This document shows, piece by piece, positions 1 to 10,091 of a stretch of DNA of 64,000 bases. The position numbers were made by a program, and so were the translations under genes. Under the pieces are notes generated by a model. The model was not told the origin of the DNA, ran no database searches, and saw nothing but the letters and a program-made list of their open reading frames with translations. How positions within the stretch are numbered: the stretch's first letter is position 1; each line of letters begins with the position of its first letter. The stretch is taken from assembly GCA_020438215.1 (NCBI GenBank), contig JAGQUX010000004.1, positions 4,636 to 68,635 on the forward strand. The letters are read 5' to 3'. This stretch comes from Armatimonadota bacterium (lineage in GTDB: Bacteria > Armatimonadota > Fimbriimonadia > Fimbriimonadales > Fimbriimonadaceae).

Positions 1-844
1 CTTCGCCCGGAACTTCCTGCTGGCCTTCTTGCCCTTCCGAAGTTGAATATTGGAATAGCACCCCACTTGTTGGCTCCGAACCGATGTTCTTGACCATGGC
101 CCGCCATGTGACCATCGCACCGTCGCTCGGCCAAGCTTCGCTATCCAAAACCGGCTCCAAAACCATAAAGGCAAGATCAACGCCCGCGCCCATATCGTCC
201 CCTTCGACCTCGATCTCAAGTCTCGGCGAAAGAAGCGGAATTTCCGCGCTACCAAAGGAAGCAGTTTGCTCCGATTCCAAGCGAAGACCAAAATTCGTCC
301 ACGGCTCATCCATCCACTTTTGAACCGCGCTCTCCAAGCCAGCGATTTCAACAAACTCTGGTGACACAGACGCCGTTCGTGAGCCTAAATCCTGAACATC
401 GGATGGCCCGCTTGCTCCCGGCATATCCCACCGAGTTCCGCCTCGCCCGGCCCGAGCGAAGTTCCAGTTGCTAGAGCCCCATTCGTTGTTGGTGTCACCC
501 AGCACTCGTCCAAGTGATGCTTTGCCCGGCCCCTCGCCCCAAGATTTGCGGAGTGCGCCAACCTTGAAATCCATGGCGTTCGGAGCGCGATTCACTGAGA
601 AAACGAGCTTCGCCGATTTGACTCGTTTGCCAGCATTGTTGGTGTAATCGAACTCAGGGAAACGAATGAGTATGACTTGACCCGGCCCGATTTTCAGCGA
701 TGGGTCGCGCCCTGAGTTTTCTCCCGAAGCAAGCCGCTCAATATACGTATCCTCCACCGGTTGCCCCGGCTTGACCATCTGGTCAAAATAGGTGATCTGC
801 CCAAGTGGGTTCAGAGCAAACGAAGCGGCAACAAGGCCAGTCAT
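1..844 (-). CDS. Secreted protein, DNRLRE-like domain followed by a CARDB-like start (runs off the window edge)
   Basis: Hand translation from ATG at 844 stays open to position 1: MTGLVAASFALNPLG...VEDTYIE...KSAKLVFSV...WGEG...W..PGA...NFGLRL...PRLEIE...DLA...VTWRAMVKNIG. Absent from the ORF track. Confidence 0.7.
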   Translation of the reverse strand, partial: MTGLVAASFALNPLGQITYFDQMVKPGQPVEDTYIERLASGENSGRDPSLKIGPGQVILIRFPEFDYTNNAGKRVKSAKLVFSVNRAPNAMDFKVGALRKSWGEGPGKASLGRVLGDTNNEWGSSNWNFARAGRGGTRWDMPGASGPSDVQDLGSRTASVSPEFVEIAGLESAVQKWMDEPWTNFGLRLESEQTASFGSAEIPLLSPRLEIEVEGDDMGAGVDLAFMVLEPVLDSEAWPSDGAMVTWRAMVKNIGSEPTSGVLFQYSTSEGQEGQQEVPGE

Positions 845-874
845 CCCAGTATTTTATCCGAGGCGGTGGTTGGG

Positions 875-1609
875 CTAGTCCGCCATTTTCACCACGTAGT
901 GCACGCGGTCGCTTTTTCGGTTCGGAGGATCCATTGTGTAAGAGTCGTAAGCTCTTACTTGTGCGAATCCAGCGAGCCGGAGCGCTTCTCGAATTTCTTC
1001 GTCGGAATGTGCACGTTGGACATGCACCTCTTCAAACTCTTCGTCATCCCGCCAAAACTTCATATCCACGCGGATGATGCGGTTGGCCGGGTCGTAGTCC
1101 CCTTTCCAATCGTATTGGATTGCCGCCCGCTTACGCATATCTTTTTGGTCAAACATCCGTTCTTCAAAAGCGTATGCAGTGTTGACATCAAAGATAAAGC
1201 TCCCATTTTCAACAAGATGCCGCCCCACTCCGATAATCGCCTGAGTCACACCCTCTAAGGTCGTGATGTAGTTCAAGCTATCAAAGAATGAATACGCGCT
1301 GTCGAATTTCTTACCCAGGTCAAGGCAGGTTGCATCGGCAACATGATATTTAATCCCGCGTTGGGCTTTCTCTTCTTTTCGCCGCGCCTCGGCAATCATC
1401 GCCTCGCTGATATCGAATCCTTCGACGATATAGCCGTCATCGGCAAGAAACTCCGCTACCGAGCCCGTTCCGCAGCAAACATCAAGTAGCGTATCTGGGT
1501 TCAAATGATGGCTGGCAAGCAAAAGCCGATAGTAGCCCGCCCACATGTCATAGGGGACATTCGACATGAGAAGATCATAGTGAGGCGCAATCGGGCCAAA
1601 GCTCGCCAT
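875..1609 (-). CDS. Class I SAM-dependent methyltransferase
   Basis: LLDVCCGTG motif I, GFDISEAM, YHVADAT, DSLNY. Confidence 0.9.
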   Translation of the reverse strand: MASFGPIAPHYDLLMSNVPYDMWAGYYRLLLASHHLNPDTLLDVCCGTGSVAEFLADDGYIVEGFDISEAMIAEARRKEEKAQRGIKYHVADATCLDLGKKFDSAYSFFDSLNYITTLEGVTQAIIGVGRHLVENGSFIFDVNTAYAFEERMFDQKDMRKRAAIQYDWKGDYDPANRIIRVDMKFWRDDEEFEEVHVQRAHSDEEIREALRLAGFAQVRAYDSYTMDPPNRKSDRVHYVVKMAD

Positions 1610-1623
1610 ATGTTTGGCAGAGA

Positions 1624-2508
1624 TTACACTTTCTTCTGAGCGCGGGCCCGGATTATGATTGCGGCGGAGTTGAGCACAAGAAGGAGAGCAATCAGAACCA
1701 AGATCGCCGCCGCCGCCGCTGTCTTGAATTCAGCGCGAGGGTGTTGCGCCCAATCCAGAATCTGAAGCGGAAGAACCGTATAGCGATCATCGACGCTATC
1801 GGGAAGGAATGTGACCAAGCCAACCGCACCCACAACGATGAGCGGAGCAGTTTCGCCAATTGCCCGCGCCGCCGCCAAAATGATCCCGGTGAGGATTCCC
1901 GGCAGAGCATTCGGGAGAACCACACGGCGCACGGTCTGCCACTGGGTTGTGCCCATTGCCAGGGAAGCTTCTCGGAAGCTTTTGGGTACGGCTTTCAAAG
2001 CCTCCTGGGAAACCAAAATCACCATCGGCAATACCAGGATCGCCATGGTCAGTGCACCGGTGAGGATGGATTTCCCAAAGCCAAACACATAAACAAAGAG
2101 AGTCAAGCCCAGCATCCCAAAAACGATGGAAGGGACGCCAGCCAAGTTTGCGATATTGATGCGAACAAATCGGGTGAACCAATTCTCGCGAGTTTGGAGT
2201 TCCTCCAGATAAATCGCCGCACCCACCCCAAGCGGAACAACGAACAAAATCGTCAGGGCCATGACCCACATGCTCCCCACGAGTGATGACTTGATCCCTG
2301 CCTTTGCCGGGAACATCTGAGATGGCATGGAGGTGAGGAATGACCAACTCACTCGGTTCAACCCATCAACCAGCAGTTTGCCGATCAAGGTGAGCAAAAT
2401 CGCAACAGCAATGAACGCTGCCGCACCGCAAAGTGCGCCGAACATCTGGCTTTTGAGTCGGCGTTTGCGGATATGCGCAAGGTTTGCTCCGCTGAGGGCT
2501 CCGTTCAT
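1624..2508 (-). CDS. pstA: Phosphate ABC transporter permease PstA
   Basis: NLAGVPSIVFGMLG, EAA-loop REASLAMGTTQW, ARAIGETAPL; in an operon with pstC and pstS. Confidence 0.95.
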   Translation of the reverse strand: MNGALSGANLAHIRKRRLKSQMFGALCGAAAFIAVAILLTLIGKLLVDGLNRVSWSFLTSMPSQMFPAKAGIKSSLVGSMWVMALTILFVVPLGVGAAIYLEELQTRENWFTRFVRINIANLAGVPSIVFGMLGLTLFVYVFGFGKSILTGALTMAILVLPMVILVSQEALKAVPKSFREASLAMGTTQWQTVRRVVLPNALPGILTGIILAAARAIGETAPLIVVGAVGLVTFLPDSVDDRYTVLPLQILDWAQHPRAEFKTAAAAAILVLIALLLVLNSAAIIIRARAQKKV

Positions 2509-3452
2509 TTCGCTGGCCTCCCGACTTTGCGGACAAATCGCTGAGCGACCAAGTTCATCGTGAAGGTGATGACGAAAAGAAGCAGCCCAATCGCGAAAAT
2601 GCTGAGGTAGCGAATGTCACCACGATCAATATCCCCTTTGCTGAAGTTGACGATCTGCGCGGTCATCGTCATGATGTCTTTCGTTGGATCAAGCGTGAAC
2701 CGCGGGGTTGCACCCGCCGCGATGGTGACGGCCATTGTTTCGCCAACCGCACGAGATAGCGCAAGGATGAAGCTCGCGACAATTCCGCTGAGTGCGCTCG
2801 GGAGAACAATCTTGATAATGACCTCAGCCTTGGTGCTACCGAGACCGTAAGCCGCTTCGCTGAGTGCCTTCGGTACGGCAGAAATTGCATCCTCGCAAAG
2901 CGAAGCAACCAAAGGCAGAGTCATAAATCCAACAACAATTGCGCCTGCAGCCGCATTGAGTGGGCTAATCCCAGGAATGACATTCTTGAGGGCGGGGGTG
3001 ATCAGGGTGAGAGCAAAATATCCAAAGACAACTGATGGGATGCCAGCCAGCAACTCGAGAAGTGGCTTGAGAACCTTCCTAACACCGGACGGAGCGTATT
3101 CCGCCAAATATATCCCCACCAAGAGCCCAAGCGGGATCGAAACAAGCCCTGAGCCAATAGTGATCATCAACGAGCCCATCAAGAGCGGCCAAACACCGTA
3201 TTGCGGAGTGTTGATGTGAGTGGGCTGCCAGGTTCGTCCGGTTAGGAACTCAATGAGGCTGGCTTCTTTAAAAAACGGCACAGTTTCCGAAACCAGAACA
3301 TAAACAATTCCGACCGTAGCGATGATGGAAACCGCCGCGCAAAAAAAGCAGAACGTGCGAACCGCGTTTTCGCGGATCGCACGTCCCATCGCCTTACTAG
3401 CGGCGTTGGTGATTTTCTCGCCAATCTTGCTTTCAAATCCCAACGTCGCCAT
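2505..3452 (-). CDS. pstC: Phosphate ABC transporter permease PstC
   Basis: ELLAGIPSVVFGYF, EAAYGLGSTK, SRAVGETMAV; 4-nt overlap with pstA. Confidence 0.95.
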   Translation of the reverse strand: MATLGFESKIGEKITNAASKAMGRAIRENAVRTFCFFCAAVSIIATVGIVYVLVSETVPFFKEASLIEFLTGRTWQPTHINTPQYGVWPLLMGSLMITIGSGLVSIPLGLLVGIYLAEYAPSGVRKVLKPLLELLAGIPSVVFGYFALTLITPALKNVIPGISPLNAAAGAIVVGFMTLPLVASLCEDAISAVPKALSEAAYGLGSTKAEVIIKIVLPSALSGIVASFILALSRAVGETMAVTIAAGATPRFTLDPTKDIMTMTAQIVNFSKGDIDRGDIRYLSIFAIGLLLFVITFTMNLVAQRFVRKVGRPAK

Positions 3453-3464
3453 GGCTGTTCAGTC

Positions 3465-4502
3465 TTAGTGTGCACCAAAAAGATCGTTGAGAGTTGCGCC
3501 TTTTGCACCGCTCAACTTGGAACCAGTGTTTCCACCTTCTACCCATGCCTTCACGATATCTACAGTTTCTTGTGGCATTGGGATATAGCCAGATGCGCGG
3601 ATCGCTTCCGGAGCATTCGGCCCGAGGGCGAAGTTCACAAACGCTTTGAGCGCAGGATTCGATTCCATTTTGCTCTTGTTGATGTACATCATCAGCGGTC
3701 GGCTGAACGGAGCGTAAGATCCGTTGAGGATGGTGTCGCCATTCGGTTCCACCGGGCCATTGCCGCCATCAACGGCAACCACACGAACCTTGTCCAGGTT
3801 TTGTTCGACGTATGCGTAGCCAACATAACCAAGAGCGTTTGCATCACCAGCAACACCAGCGATCAGAGGATCGTATTCGGCTTGTTGGGAATAGTCTTGG
3901 CGGGTGTTTTCGCCGTCACCGTTCACGGTTTCGTTGAAGTATTCAAACGTTCCGTGTGCATCGGTTGGACCGTAGAGATTCAACGGTGCATCCGGCCAAG
4001 AAGGATCAATTTCGTTCCACTTCTTGACGGTGGAGTTTGCATCCCACATCTTGTGGAGCTGATCAATAGTGATGGATTGGAGCCAGGTGTTTTCCTTGCT
4101 CACAACAATGCAAAGGCCATCGTAAGCAATCGGCATTTCGATGAATTCGATGCCTGCGTCTTCCAGAGCCTTGATCTCTTTGTCTTTGATCGGGCGGCTA
4201 GCGTCAGCAATATCGGATTCGCCTTTCGCGAATACTTCCATGCCTGCACCGGTGCCCTTCTTGCCAACCGTTACTTTGACATCAGGGTTTTCGCCGTTGA
4301 ATAGCTCAGTCATAGCGGCAGCGATCGGGAAGACCGTACCGGAACCTTCGATGTTTAGTTCACCGGAGACTTTTTCGGAGGAGCCACTGGTAGAGCCAGT
4401 TGTGCCTTCAGTTGATTCGCCACCTTTTGGTCCACAACCAATCAGGGCAGTACCCATCAGAAGGGCAATAGCGCTCGGAATCAGAATTTTTGAAATCTGC
4501 AT
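3465..4502 (-). CDS. pstS: Phosphate-binding lipoprotein PstS
   Basis: Lipobox ALIGC, IEGSGTVFP, GTGAG, IADASRPIK, YAPFSRPL. Confidence 0.95.
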   Translation of the reverse strand: MQISKILIPSAIALLMGTALIGCGPKGGESTEGTTGSTSGSSEKVSGELNIEGSGTVFPIAAAMTELFNGENPDVKVTVGKKGTGAGMEVFAKGESDIADASRPIKDKEIKALEDAGIEFIEMPIAYDGLCIVVSKENTWLQSITIDQLHKMWDANSTVKKWNEIDPSWPDAPLNLYGPTDAHGTFEYFNETVNGDGENTRQDYSQQAEYDPLIAGVAGDANALGYVGYAYVEQNLDKVRVVAVDGGNGPVEPNGDTILNGSYAPFSRPLMMYINKSKMESNPALKAFVNFALGPNAPEAIRASGYIPMPQETVDIVKAWVEGGNTGSKLSGAKGATLNDLFGAH

Positions 4503-4545
4503 GATTGACCTCGATTGTTAAGATCAAGCCGAGTTTTTCGGTTGG

Positions 4546-4564
4546 GAGTTAACGAATTGTTAAG
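4546..4564 (-). promoter_or_regulatory. Candidate Pho box upstream of pstS
   Basis: Minus strand reads CTTAACAA-ttc-GTTAACTC (11-bp period); a third CTTAACAA lies at 4515-4522. Confidence 0.55.
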
Positions 4565-4571
4565 AAACCCG

Positions 4572-4916
4572 TCAAGAGGACTGTTGCTTTTCCAGAACCG
4601 CAAAAGCAACCGCCATTCCCCGCTCGTGAGAGATGGATAAATGGATCGTTTGGCCCTCTTGAAAACTGGAGTGATTGATGGACACTACTGGTGCCCCATC
4701 ATCTGCCCGTAGGATTTCCACGTCATGCCACGAGGTCAGTCCAGGTAAGCATTTGTAGATCGCTTCCTTGGCTGCCCATCGCCCAGCAACAAAATTCGGC
4801 GAGGTTGAAATAGCGATTTCATTCGGGGTCAAGATGCGCTCAAGGAACCCAGGTCGGCGCATTGCCGTTTGGATGCGGCTGGTTTCCACTAAATCCGTAC
4901 CGATACGGACAATCAC
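4572..4916 (-). CDS. acpS: Holo-ACP synthase
   Basis: IGTDLVE, AGRWAAKEA, LSISHE. Confidence 0.93.
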   Translation of the reverse strand: MIVRIGTDLVETSRIQTAMRRPGFLERILTPNEIAISTSPNFVAGRWAAKEAIYKCLPGLTSWHDVEILRADDGAPVVSINHSSFQEGQTIHLSISHERGMAVAFAVLEKQQSS

Positions 4917-6967
4917 TGGTTCGCCTCTTGGAGCAATTCGGCAAGATCAACCAGCTTGATCTCCTCATCAGTCTCTTGCTTGATGCTCGCATCCAGCATG
5001 ATTCGGCAGAACGGACAACTTACGGCAACGGTTTTGGCTCCGGTCGCTAGCAACTCTTTGGTGCGCCGTTCGCTCGGACGCTGACCAGGCTCCTCTTCCA
5101 TCCACATACGACCGCCCCCGGCTCCACAGCAAAGCGTTTTGCGACCGCGATGTTGAGGCTCGGCAAACACGGTGACTTCGTTCGGATCGCGCATCAACTC
5201 GCGCCACATCAAGTTTGTGTTTGCATCTTCATCCGATGCCTGACCTACAATTGCACGCGGAGCATCACTGATATCATTAACACGAGCCAAATAGCAGGGG
5301 TCGTGATAAGTGACATCCCCATTTGCTGGGCGTGCCGGCTGAATTTTTCCGTTTTTGACCAAGTGTTCTAACAATTGAGTGTGGTGCCAGACTTCTAGCT
5401 CTAGCCCCAACTCGGAATATTCGTTTTTGAGTGTGTTCAGGCAGTGCGGGCAGGTGGTGACAACCTTACTGACTCCGTACTTCCGGAAAGTCTCCGCATT
5501 GATTCCCGCTTTGGATTGGAAGGTGTTTTCATCACCGAGCCGGCGAGCCGGGTCGCCGGTGCAGGCTTCTTCGGCCCCCAGACAAGCAAAGTTCACGCCG
5601 CCTTTCTTCATGAGGTGGGCAAACGCTTTTGTCGTTTTGATTGCCCCGGGATCGGTCGCTCCCGCACAGCCCACCCAGTAGAGATACTCAAAATCTTGCT
5701 TTTCCCTGGCGAGCGGGATTTCGAGTCCTTTCATCCAATCTTCGCGCTGAGCAACCGCTTGTCCCCACGCCGAGTTTGTTGATTCCATCTGGCGGAGAAC
5801 AACGGTTGGGGTACCAGAGAGCTTCCCTTCTGCAACCAGATTCCGGCGACCATCCACAATCAAATCCACATGGCGGATGAGAACTGGACACGCTTCGACG
5901 CAGGCGTTGCATGTTGTGCAAGCCCAGAGTGCCTCTTCGCTGACAGTTGCCGCTATGCCATCGCCAGTTGTGAGCGACCGATGGATGTCTTGCACCACTT
6001 GCTTAGGATTCAGGATTTTTCCGCTCCCATAAGCCGGGCAAACCTCTGTACATCGCCCGCAAGACATGCACGCGTCCAAGCTCATCAGGTGCCACTTGGA
6101 ATAATCCTTCGCAAAGGCCGCTCCCGCCGCGATTCCATCCTCATCGAGCTTAGCACTCGGTAATTGACCAATTGGTCTTTCTGGGGTTGCGGCTGCTGTA
6201 AATGTGGCCACAAGGATATGTTTCAACCTCATTTGCGGCAAGGTGATAAAGAATGCCCATACCCAGATCATGTGGAACCACCACACGGCGACATATCCTG
6301 TCGGAGATAGCCCGGGCAGAACTTTCGCCATTCCGAAAGCAATAAAACTCGCGCCATCCCAGGTCTGGGGATCACTCGAGATCCGCGCTGCCTCTAAAAG
6401 GAACCCGGTAAATCCAAGCATCCACAGCACACCAAGAGCGGCGAAATCTTTCCAGTCTGATGTCGCTGGATTGACCGAGCGTTCTAATTTCCCGGTCTCG
6501 GAGTTCAAAACCGGCTCTCCGAGTTCTTGTGTCATCCGGTAGCGACGTAAAAACGCCCAACCAATCCCCACCAAAAAGAGCAAGCCGGCAACCTCAAACG
6601 TCGATTCATAAATCAGATAGTAGGTACCTTGGTGGAAGTGCGGAAGCCCGATTTTCGGCCCGTAAGTGGAGATCGCCAGGAGCGTTGTTGCTAGGAGCAG
6701 CCCCAAGAACCCATAAAAGATAAAGAGGTGCATCGGCGCGGCAGTTTTAGGGCGCGAAGACACCACCTTCCTTTGCCCCAAGATGTATTTGCCAATCCCC
6801 TCAATCGGTTTGATCTTCCAATCAATCTTCCGGCCTTTGTTCCATAACCGGGCGCGACCAAAAATCTGCCACAGCATGATGCCAATGCTCAAAAAAGTCA
6901 GCCCATAAAAAGCCACCTTGAATCCGGGGTGGCCCATAAACAGGAATTCTTCGCGGGTTGGCGTCAC
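4913..6967 (-). CDS. Membrane Fe-S oxidoreductase (FadF/HdrD-like, CCG domains)
   Basis: N-terminal TM region, CMSCGRCTEVCP and CTTCNACVEACP clusters, CCG-type motifs (CTGD, CPHC, YHDPCYL, CCGAGGG, CPFC). Confidence 0.85.
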   Translation of the reverse strand: MTPTREEFLFMGHPGFKVAFYGLTFLSIGIMLWQIFGRARLWNKGRKIDWKIKPIEGIGKYILGQRKVVSSRPKTAAPMHLFIFYGFLGLLLATTLLAISTYGPKIGLPHFHQGTYYLIYESTFEVAGLLFLVGIGWAFLRRYRMTQELGEPVLNSETGKLERSVNPATSDWKDFAALGVLWMLGFTGFLLEAARISSDPQTWDGASFIAFGMAKVLPGLSPTGYVAVWWFHMIWVWAFFITLPQMRLKHILVATFTAAATPERPIGQLPSAKLDEDGIAAGAAFAKDYSKWHLMSLDACMSCGRCTEVCPAYGSGKILNPKQVVQDIHRSLTTGDGIAATVSEEALWACTTCNACVEACPVLIRHVDLIVDGRRNLVAEGKLSGTPTVVLRQMESTNSAWGQAVAQREDWMKGLEIPLAREKQDFEYLYWVGCAGATDPGAIKTTKAFAHLMKKGGVNFACLGAEEACTGDPARRLGDENTFQSKAGINAETFRKYGVSKVVTTCPHCLNTLKNEYSELGLELEVWHHTQLLEHLVKNGKIQPARPANGDVTYHDPCYLARVNDISDAPRAIVGQASDEDANTNLMWRELMRDPNEVTVFAEPQHRGRKTLCCGAGGGRMWMEEEPGQRPSERRTKELLATGAKTVAVSCPFCRIMLDASIKQETDEEIKLVDLAELLQEANQ

Positions 6968-7024
6968 GGTCTTGAGTTTGACTCAACCTAGCGGTTCAAA
7001 GAAACCGATTGCCCCAAAACCTTG

Positions 7025-7723
7025 TTAGCTGAGCTGAAGTGAGTCCATCCTCACCTTGCGGTGCAAGTAATAACACTCCATAACGGGAAGCACACGCACG
7101 AGGTCACGGCTTTGATCCAGGAATTGCAAAAGCTCAGCGTGGTCAGAGGCATCAACCCCACTCTCTCCCTCGCCAACCGCATCAAATGAAAGCACGAGAT
7201 AGCTCGGATGTTTCATCCCCATTCGCACTGCATCGATCAACTGTTCACCGCTCAGGTCATTCATCGGTAGGCACATCAAACTCCGAAAATCCACCTCTGA
7301 CCACAAGTTCATGCCACTCACGCCTGTTCGGATTGCGCGAAAATGAGTCAAATGTGAGAGATAGTTTTCGCCACCAGCACAAGTCGATGCACCGATGGGT
7401 AACCCCAGACTTCGACCTGATGGCAACGGCAGAAACTCCTCCAAAAGCTCCTCGCACTCACAGAGATCGTCTAGGATCATCTCGGGAGTCCAACAGGGAA
7501 GTGAGCCATCGGGCAAACAAGAGCTAAGGAGGGAGCCAACGCTAATCTCATGTCCCTGCTCATGGGCGGACTGCCATGCTCCCAGATTCTCTAAAAAAGG
7601 GATCGGATCAGCGTAGAAAGTTCCTTTGAATCCGTAGCGATCCAACGCCGGAACCACAACCTCTGCTTGGTTGAGAGTTGCGCCATTATAGGTGAGAGAA
7701 ACTGTGCACTGCGGCTCGCTCAT
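7025..7723 (-). CDS. Polysaccharide deacetylase (NodB)-fold protein with degenerate active site
   Basis: VSLTY..., LDRYGFKGTFY and GHEI match the family layout, but the TFDD and HxxxH motifs are altered. Confidence 0.7.
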   Translation of the reverse strand: MSEPQCTVSLTYNGATLNQAEVVVPALDRYGFKGTFYADPIPFLENLGAWQSAHEQGHEISVGSLLSSCLPDGSLPCWTPEMILDDLCECEELLEEFLPLPSGRSLGLPIGASTCAGGENYLSHLTHFRAIRTGVSGMNLWSEVDFRSLMCLPMNDLSGEQLIDAVRMGMKHPSYLVLSFDAVGEGESGVDASDHAELLQFLDQSRDLVRVLPVMECYYLHRKVRMDSLQLS

Positions 7724-7765
7724 TATTTTCGCCCACCATTACTTTAAAGGAAATCTTGTGAATTT

Positions 7766-8464
7766 TCAAGTGCCACGTGTATCGCCAAAGAGGTCAATCT
7801 GTAATCGCGGGCAAACGCGCCAGTTGCGCTCCATGGCAATCGGGACAAGCGCTCGCATGGATTTCCAGAGTTGATCGGAGTCTCGCCCTTCTGGCATGAG
7901 AAGCACACGGTTTGGATCGACTTCGCCGATCTCAGCTAAGAGTGCTTCGATTTCAGGTATGTCCTGCTCTGGCTCCGCAACAACAAATTTGAGCTGAGTA
8001 TTGTAGCGGCTGACAAGCTTAACAAGCGGCCTGAGATTGCTCCTGGTCTCCACATGCCGCTTCACCCAACCTTCATCAATCTTCCCGAGGGGGTCTGAGT
8101 TTGTCAGTTTTGGACTGATGGACATCAGATCAACATCCATTTCCCGATAAACCGTCCCGGCTGTTTCCATCGTGATCGTCTTGCCTTGCTGCTTCAATCC
8201 CGCGACGAGCACTTCAATTGCATCAAAAAGCATTGGCTCGCCGCCGGTCAAAACAACATGATTCAGACTTGAATTACCTGATATTTCGAGAAGTGCCGAA
8301 ATGTCATAGTTGTCACCTTCGGGTGTCCAACTTGCATAAGGTGTATCGCACCACACACACCGCAAATTGCACCCTGAAACGCGGATAAACAGACTCGGAA
8401 TACCGGCCCATATCCCCTCTCCTTGGACAGACTCAAATATCTCAGAAATCCGGAGCTTGTCCAT
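7766..8464 (-). CDS. queE: 7-carboxy-7-deazaguanine synthase (radical SAM)
   Basis: [39 protein letters not shown]. Confidence 0.93.
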   Translation of the reverse strand: MDKLRISEIFESVQGEGIWAGIPSLFIRVSGCNLRCVWCDTPYASWTPEGDNYDISALLEISGNSSLNHVVLTGGEPMLFDAIEVLVAGLKQQGKTITMETAGTVYREMDVDLMSISPKLTNSDPLGKIDEGWVKRHVETRSNLRPLVKLVSRYNTQLKFVVAEPEQDIPEIEALLAEIGEVDPNRVLLMPEGRDSDQLWKSMRALVPIAMERNWRVCPRLQIDLFGDTRGT

Positions 8465-9134
8465 AGTGCTTCATCCAAAGAGGATCAACCATCCCCAGAG
8501 CGGCAAACGCCTGATTTCGAATTCGGCAGGAATCACACTTCCCGCAGGGCTTACCGTCTTCAAGCGGGTCATAGCACGAAGACGTCAGCGAATAGTCAAA
8601 CCACAAATCCAAGCCCATCTGGATGATCTCCGTCTTTTTGAGTTCAATGAGGGGCGTGTGGATTGTGATGGGGCGACCTTCCACCCCTGCTTTCGTTGCC
8701 AAGCCGGCCATGTTTTGGAATGCAACGATGTACTCCGGGCGGCAATCAGGATAGCCACTGTAATCCACCGCATTCACGCCAATGAAAATATGCTCTGATT
8801 CGGTGACTTCGGCAAGCCCCAGCGCCAGCGAAAGCATGATTGTGTTTCGAGCCGGGACGTAAGTAATCGGAATGCCGCCTTCCGCGCCGTCCTTCGGCAC
8901 ATCAATGTCATCAGTGAGTGCTGATCCACCAAACGCCCGCAAGGGAATATCAAGAACTCGGTGCGAACTTACACCAACCCGTGCGGCAATCTCCCGTGCA
9001 CAATCTAGCTCTATGGAGTGCCTCTGTCCATATGAGAAAGACAGTGCATGGCAATCATAACCTTCGGCGTTCGCAACCGCCAAAACGGTCGCCGAATCCA
9101 ACCCTCCACTCAGCAAAACGACCGCAGATTTCAT
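8442..9134 (-). CDS. queC: 7-cyano-7-deazaguanine synthase
   Basis: [35 protein letters not shown]. Confidence 0.96.
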   Translation of the reverse strand: MKSAVVLLSGGLDSATVLAVANAEGYDCHALSFSYGQRHSIELDCAREIAARVGVSSHRVLDIPLRAFGGSALTDDIDVPKDGAEGGIPITYVPARNTIMLSLALGLAEVTESEHIFIGVNAVDYSGYPDCRPEYIVAFQNMAGLATKAGVEGRPITIHTPLIELKKTEIIQMGLDLWFDYSLTSSCYDPLEDGKPCGKCDSCRIRNQAFAALGMVDPLWMKHYGQAPDF

Positions 9135-9160
9135 GCGGATAACTTACCTCTGCCCCCCGA

Positions 9161-10063
9161 ATGGCCCCATGCGAAACGAATCCCCTGCCAAGCCAGTACG
9201 TCTATACCATTGTGAGTCTTGTTGCAACCGTCGTTTTCGCCACGGCAGTGAGTCAGCCGATCAGCGCATTTCCTTTCACTTATGCTCAAAAGCAAGAGGA
9301 TGGTCAGTCGGCTGTTTTTCTGCTCAAGTCTCCAAACAGCTCACCCATCCGTATCGGTTTTGGGCACGATCCCATCATCTGTCCAGGCGGAAAATACATG
9401 GCTTACGTTGTCACAGATGGTAAGACCGACCAACGCATCACCGTCACAGAAACAGAATCACAAAAGCTTGTCCGCAATTTCGTTATTGATGGCGCGATGG
9501 CATTCGGAGCACCTAGCTTCAATCGCACTGGACGAGAAGTGATGTTCGAAGTGCAAAAGAAGGACGGCAACGAAATCCTTCGCGGTGACCTAATGCAAGA
9601 TCGCCAGCCGATCAATGTGATGACAATGGGTAACTCCCCTGCGCCAGTTGCGTTTCCGACTTACGCAAAGCTCAGCACCTCGGTGATTTTCCAACTCGAT
9701 CGGCAATGGCAGGAAATTGATTTTTCAACCAATAAATTCTCCACTCTGGATTGGAAAACTTGGCTGGGAGGCCTGCCGAGCAACACTAAAATCACACGCA
9801 TCGCCCCTTGCCCAACAAACGGCTTGATCACCGCGTACTCAGCAGACATTCCTGCAAATCCACCGTTCTCGGCGGTGTTTATCTACGATTCCACGAAAGG
9901 TGAAAGCGTCCGCGTGAGCCCAATCGGTTCTCAGGCGCACACACCGGTGTGGGCGCAAGACAATATCTCGCTCAGCTTGATGGTGAAAGAGCAAAGCGCA
10001 ACCGATTTCGCTCCATACCTTGTGCGATTCGATGGCAAGAATCTTGTCAAAGTCGGTCGGTAG
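9161..10063 (+). CDS. Secreted hypothetical protein with TolB/PD40-like repeats (start may be GTG 9212)
   Basis: Signal-like N-terminus; PIICPGGKYMAYV, APSFNRTGREVMF and PVWAQD repeats. Confidence 0.6.
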   Translation: MAPCETNPLPSQYVYTIVSLVATVVFATAVSQPISAFPFTYAQKQEDGQSAVFLLKSPNSSPIRIGFGHDPIICPGGKYMAYVVTDGKTDQRITVTETESQKLVRNFVIDGAMAFGAPSFNRTGREVMFEVQKKDGNEILRGDLMQDRQPINVMTMGNSPAPVAFPTYAKLSTSVIFQLDRQWQEIDFSTNKFSTLDWKTWLGGLPSNTKITRIAPCPTNGLITAYSADIPANPPFSAVFIYDSTKGESVRVSPIGSQAHTPVWAQDNISLSLMVKEQSATDFAPYLVRFDGKNLVKVGR

Positions 10064-10091
10064 ATCGCCGCAAATCAGTTAGAATCAGGGC

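Noticed and set aside
7766-9134. queC/queE as a 7-deazaguanine DNA-modification (dpd) defence island, or a preQ1 riboswitch upstream
   Set aside because: No dpdA/tgt-like or other dpd genes nearby and no riboswitch motif seen; ordinary queuosine synthesis is the simpler reading.
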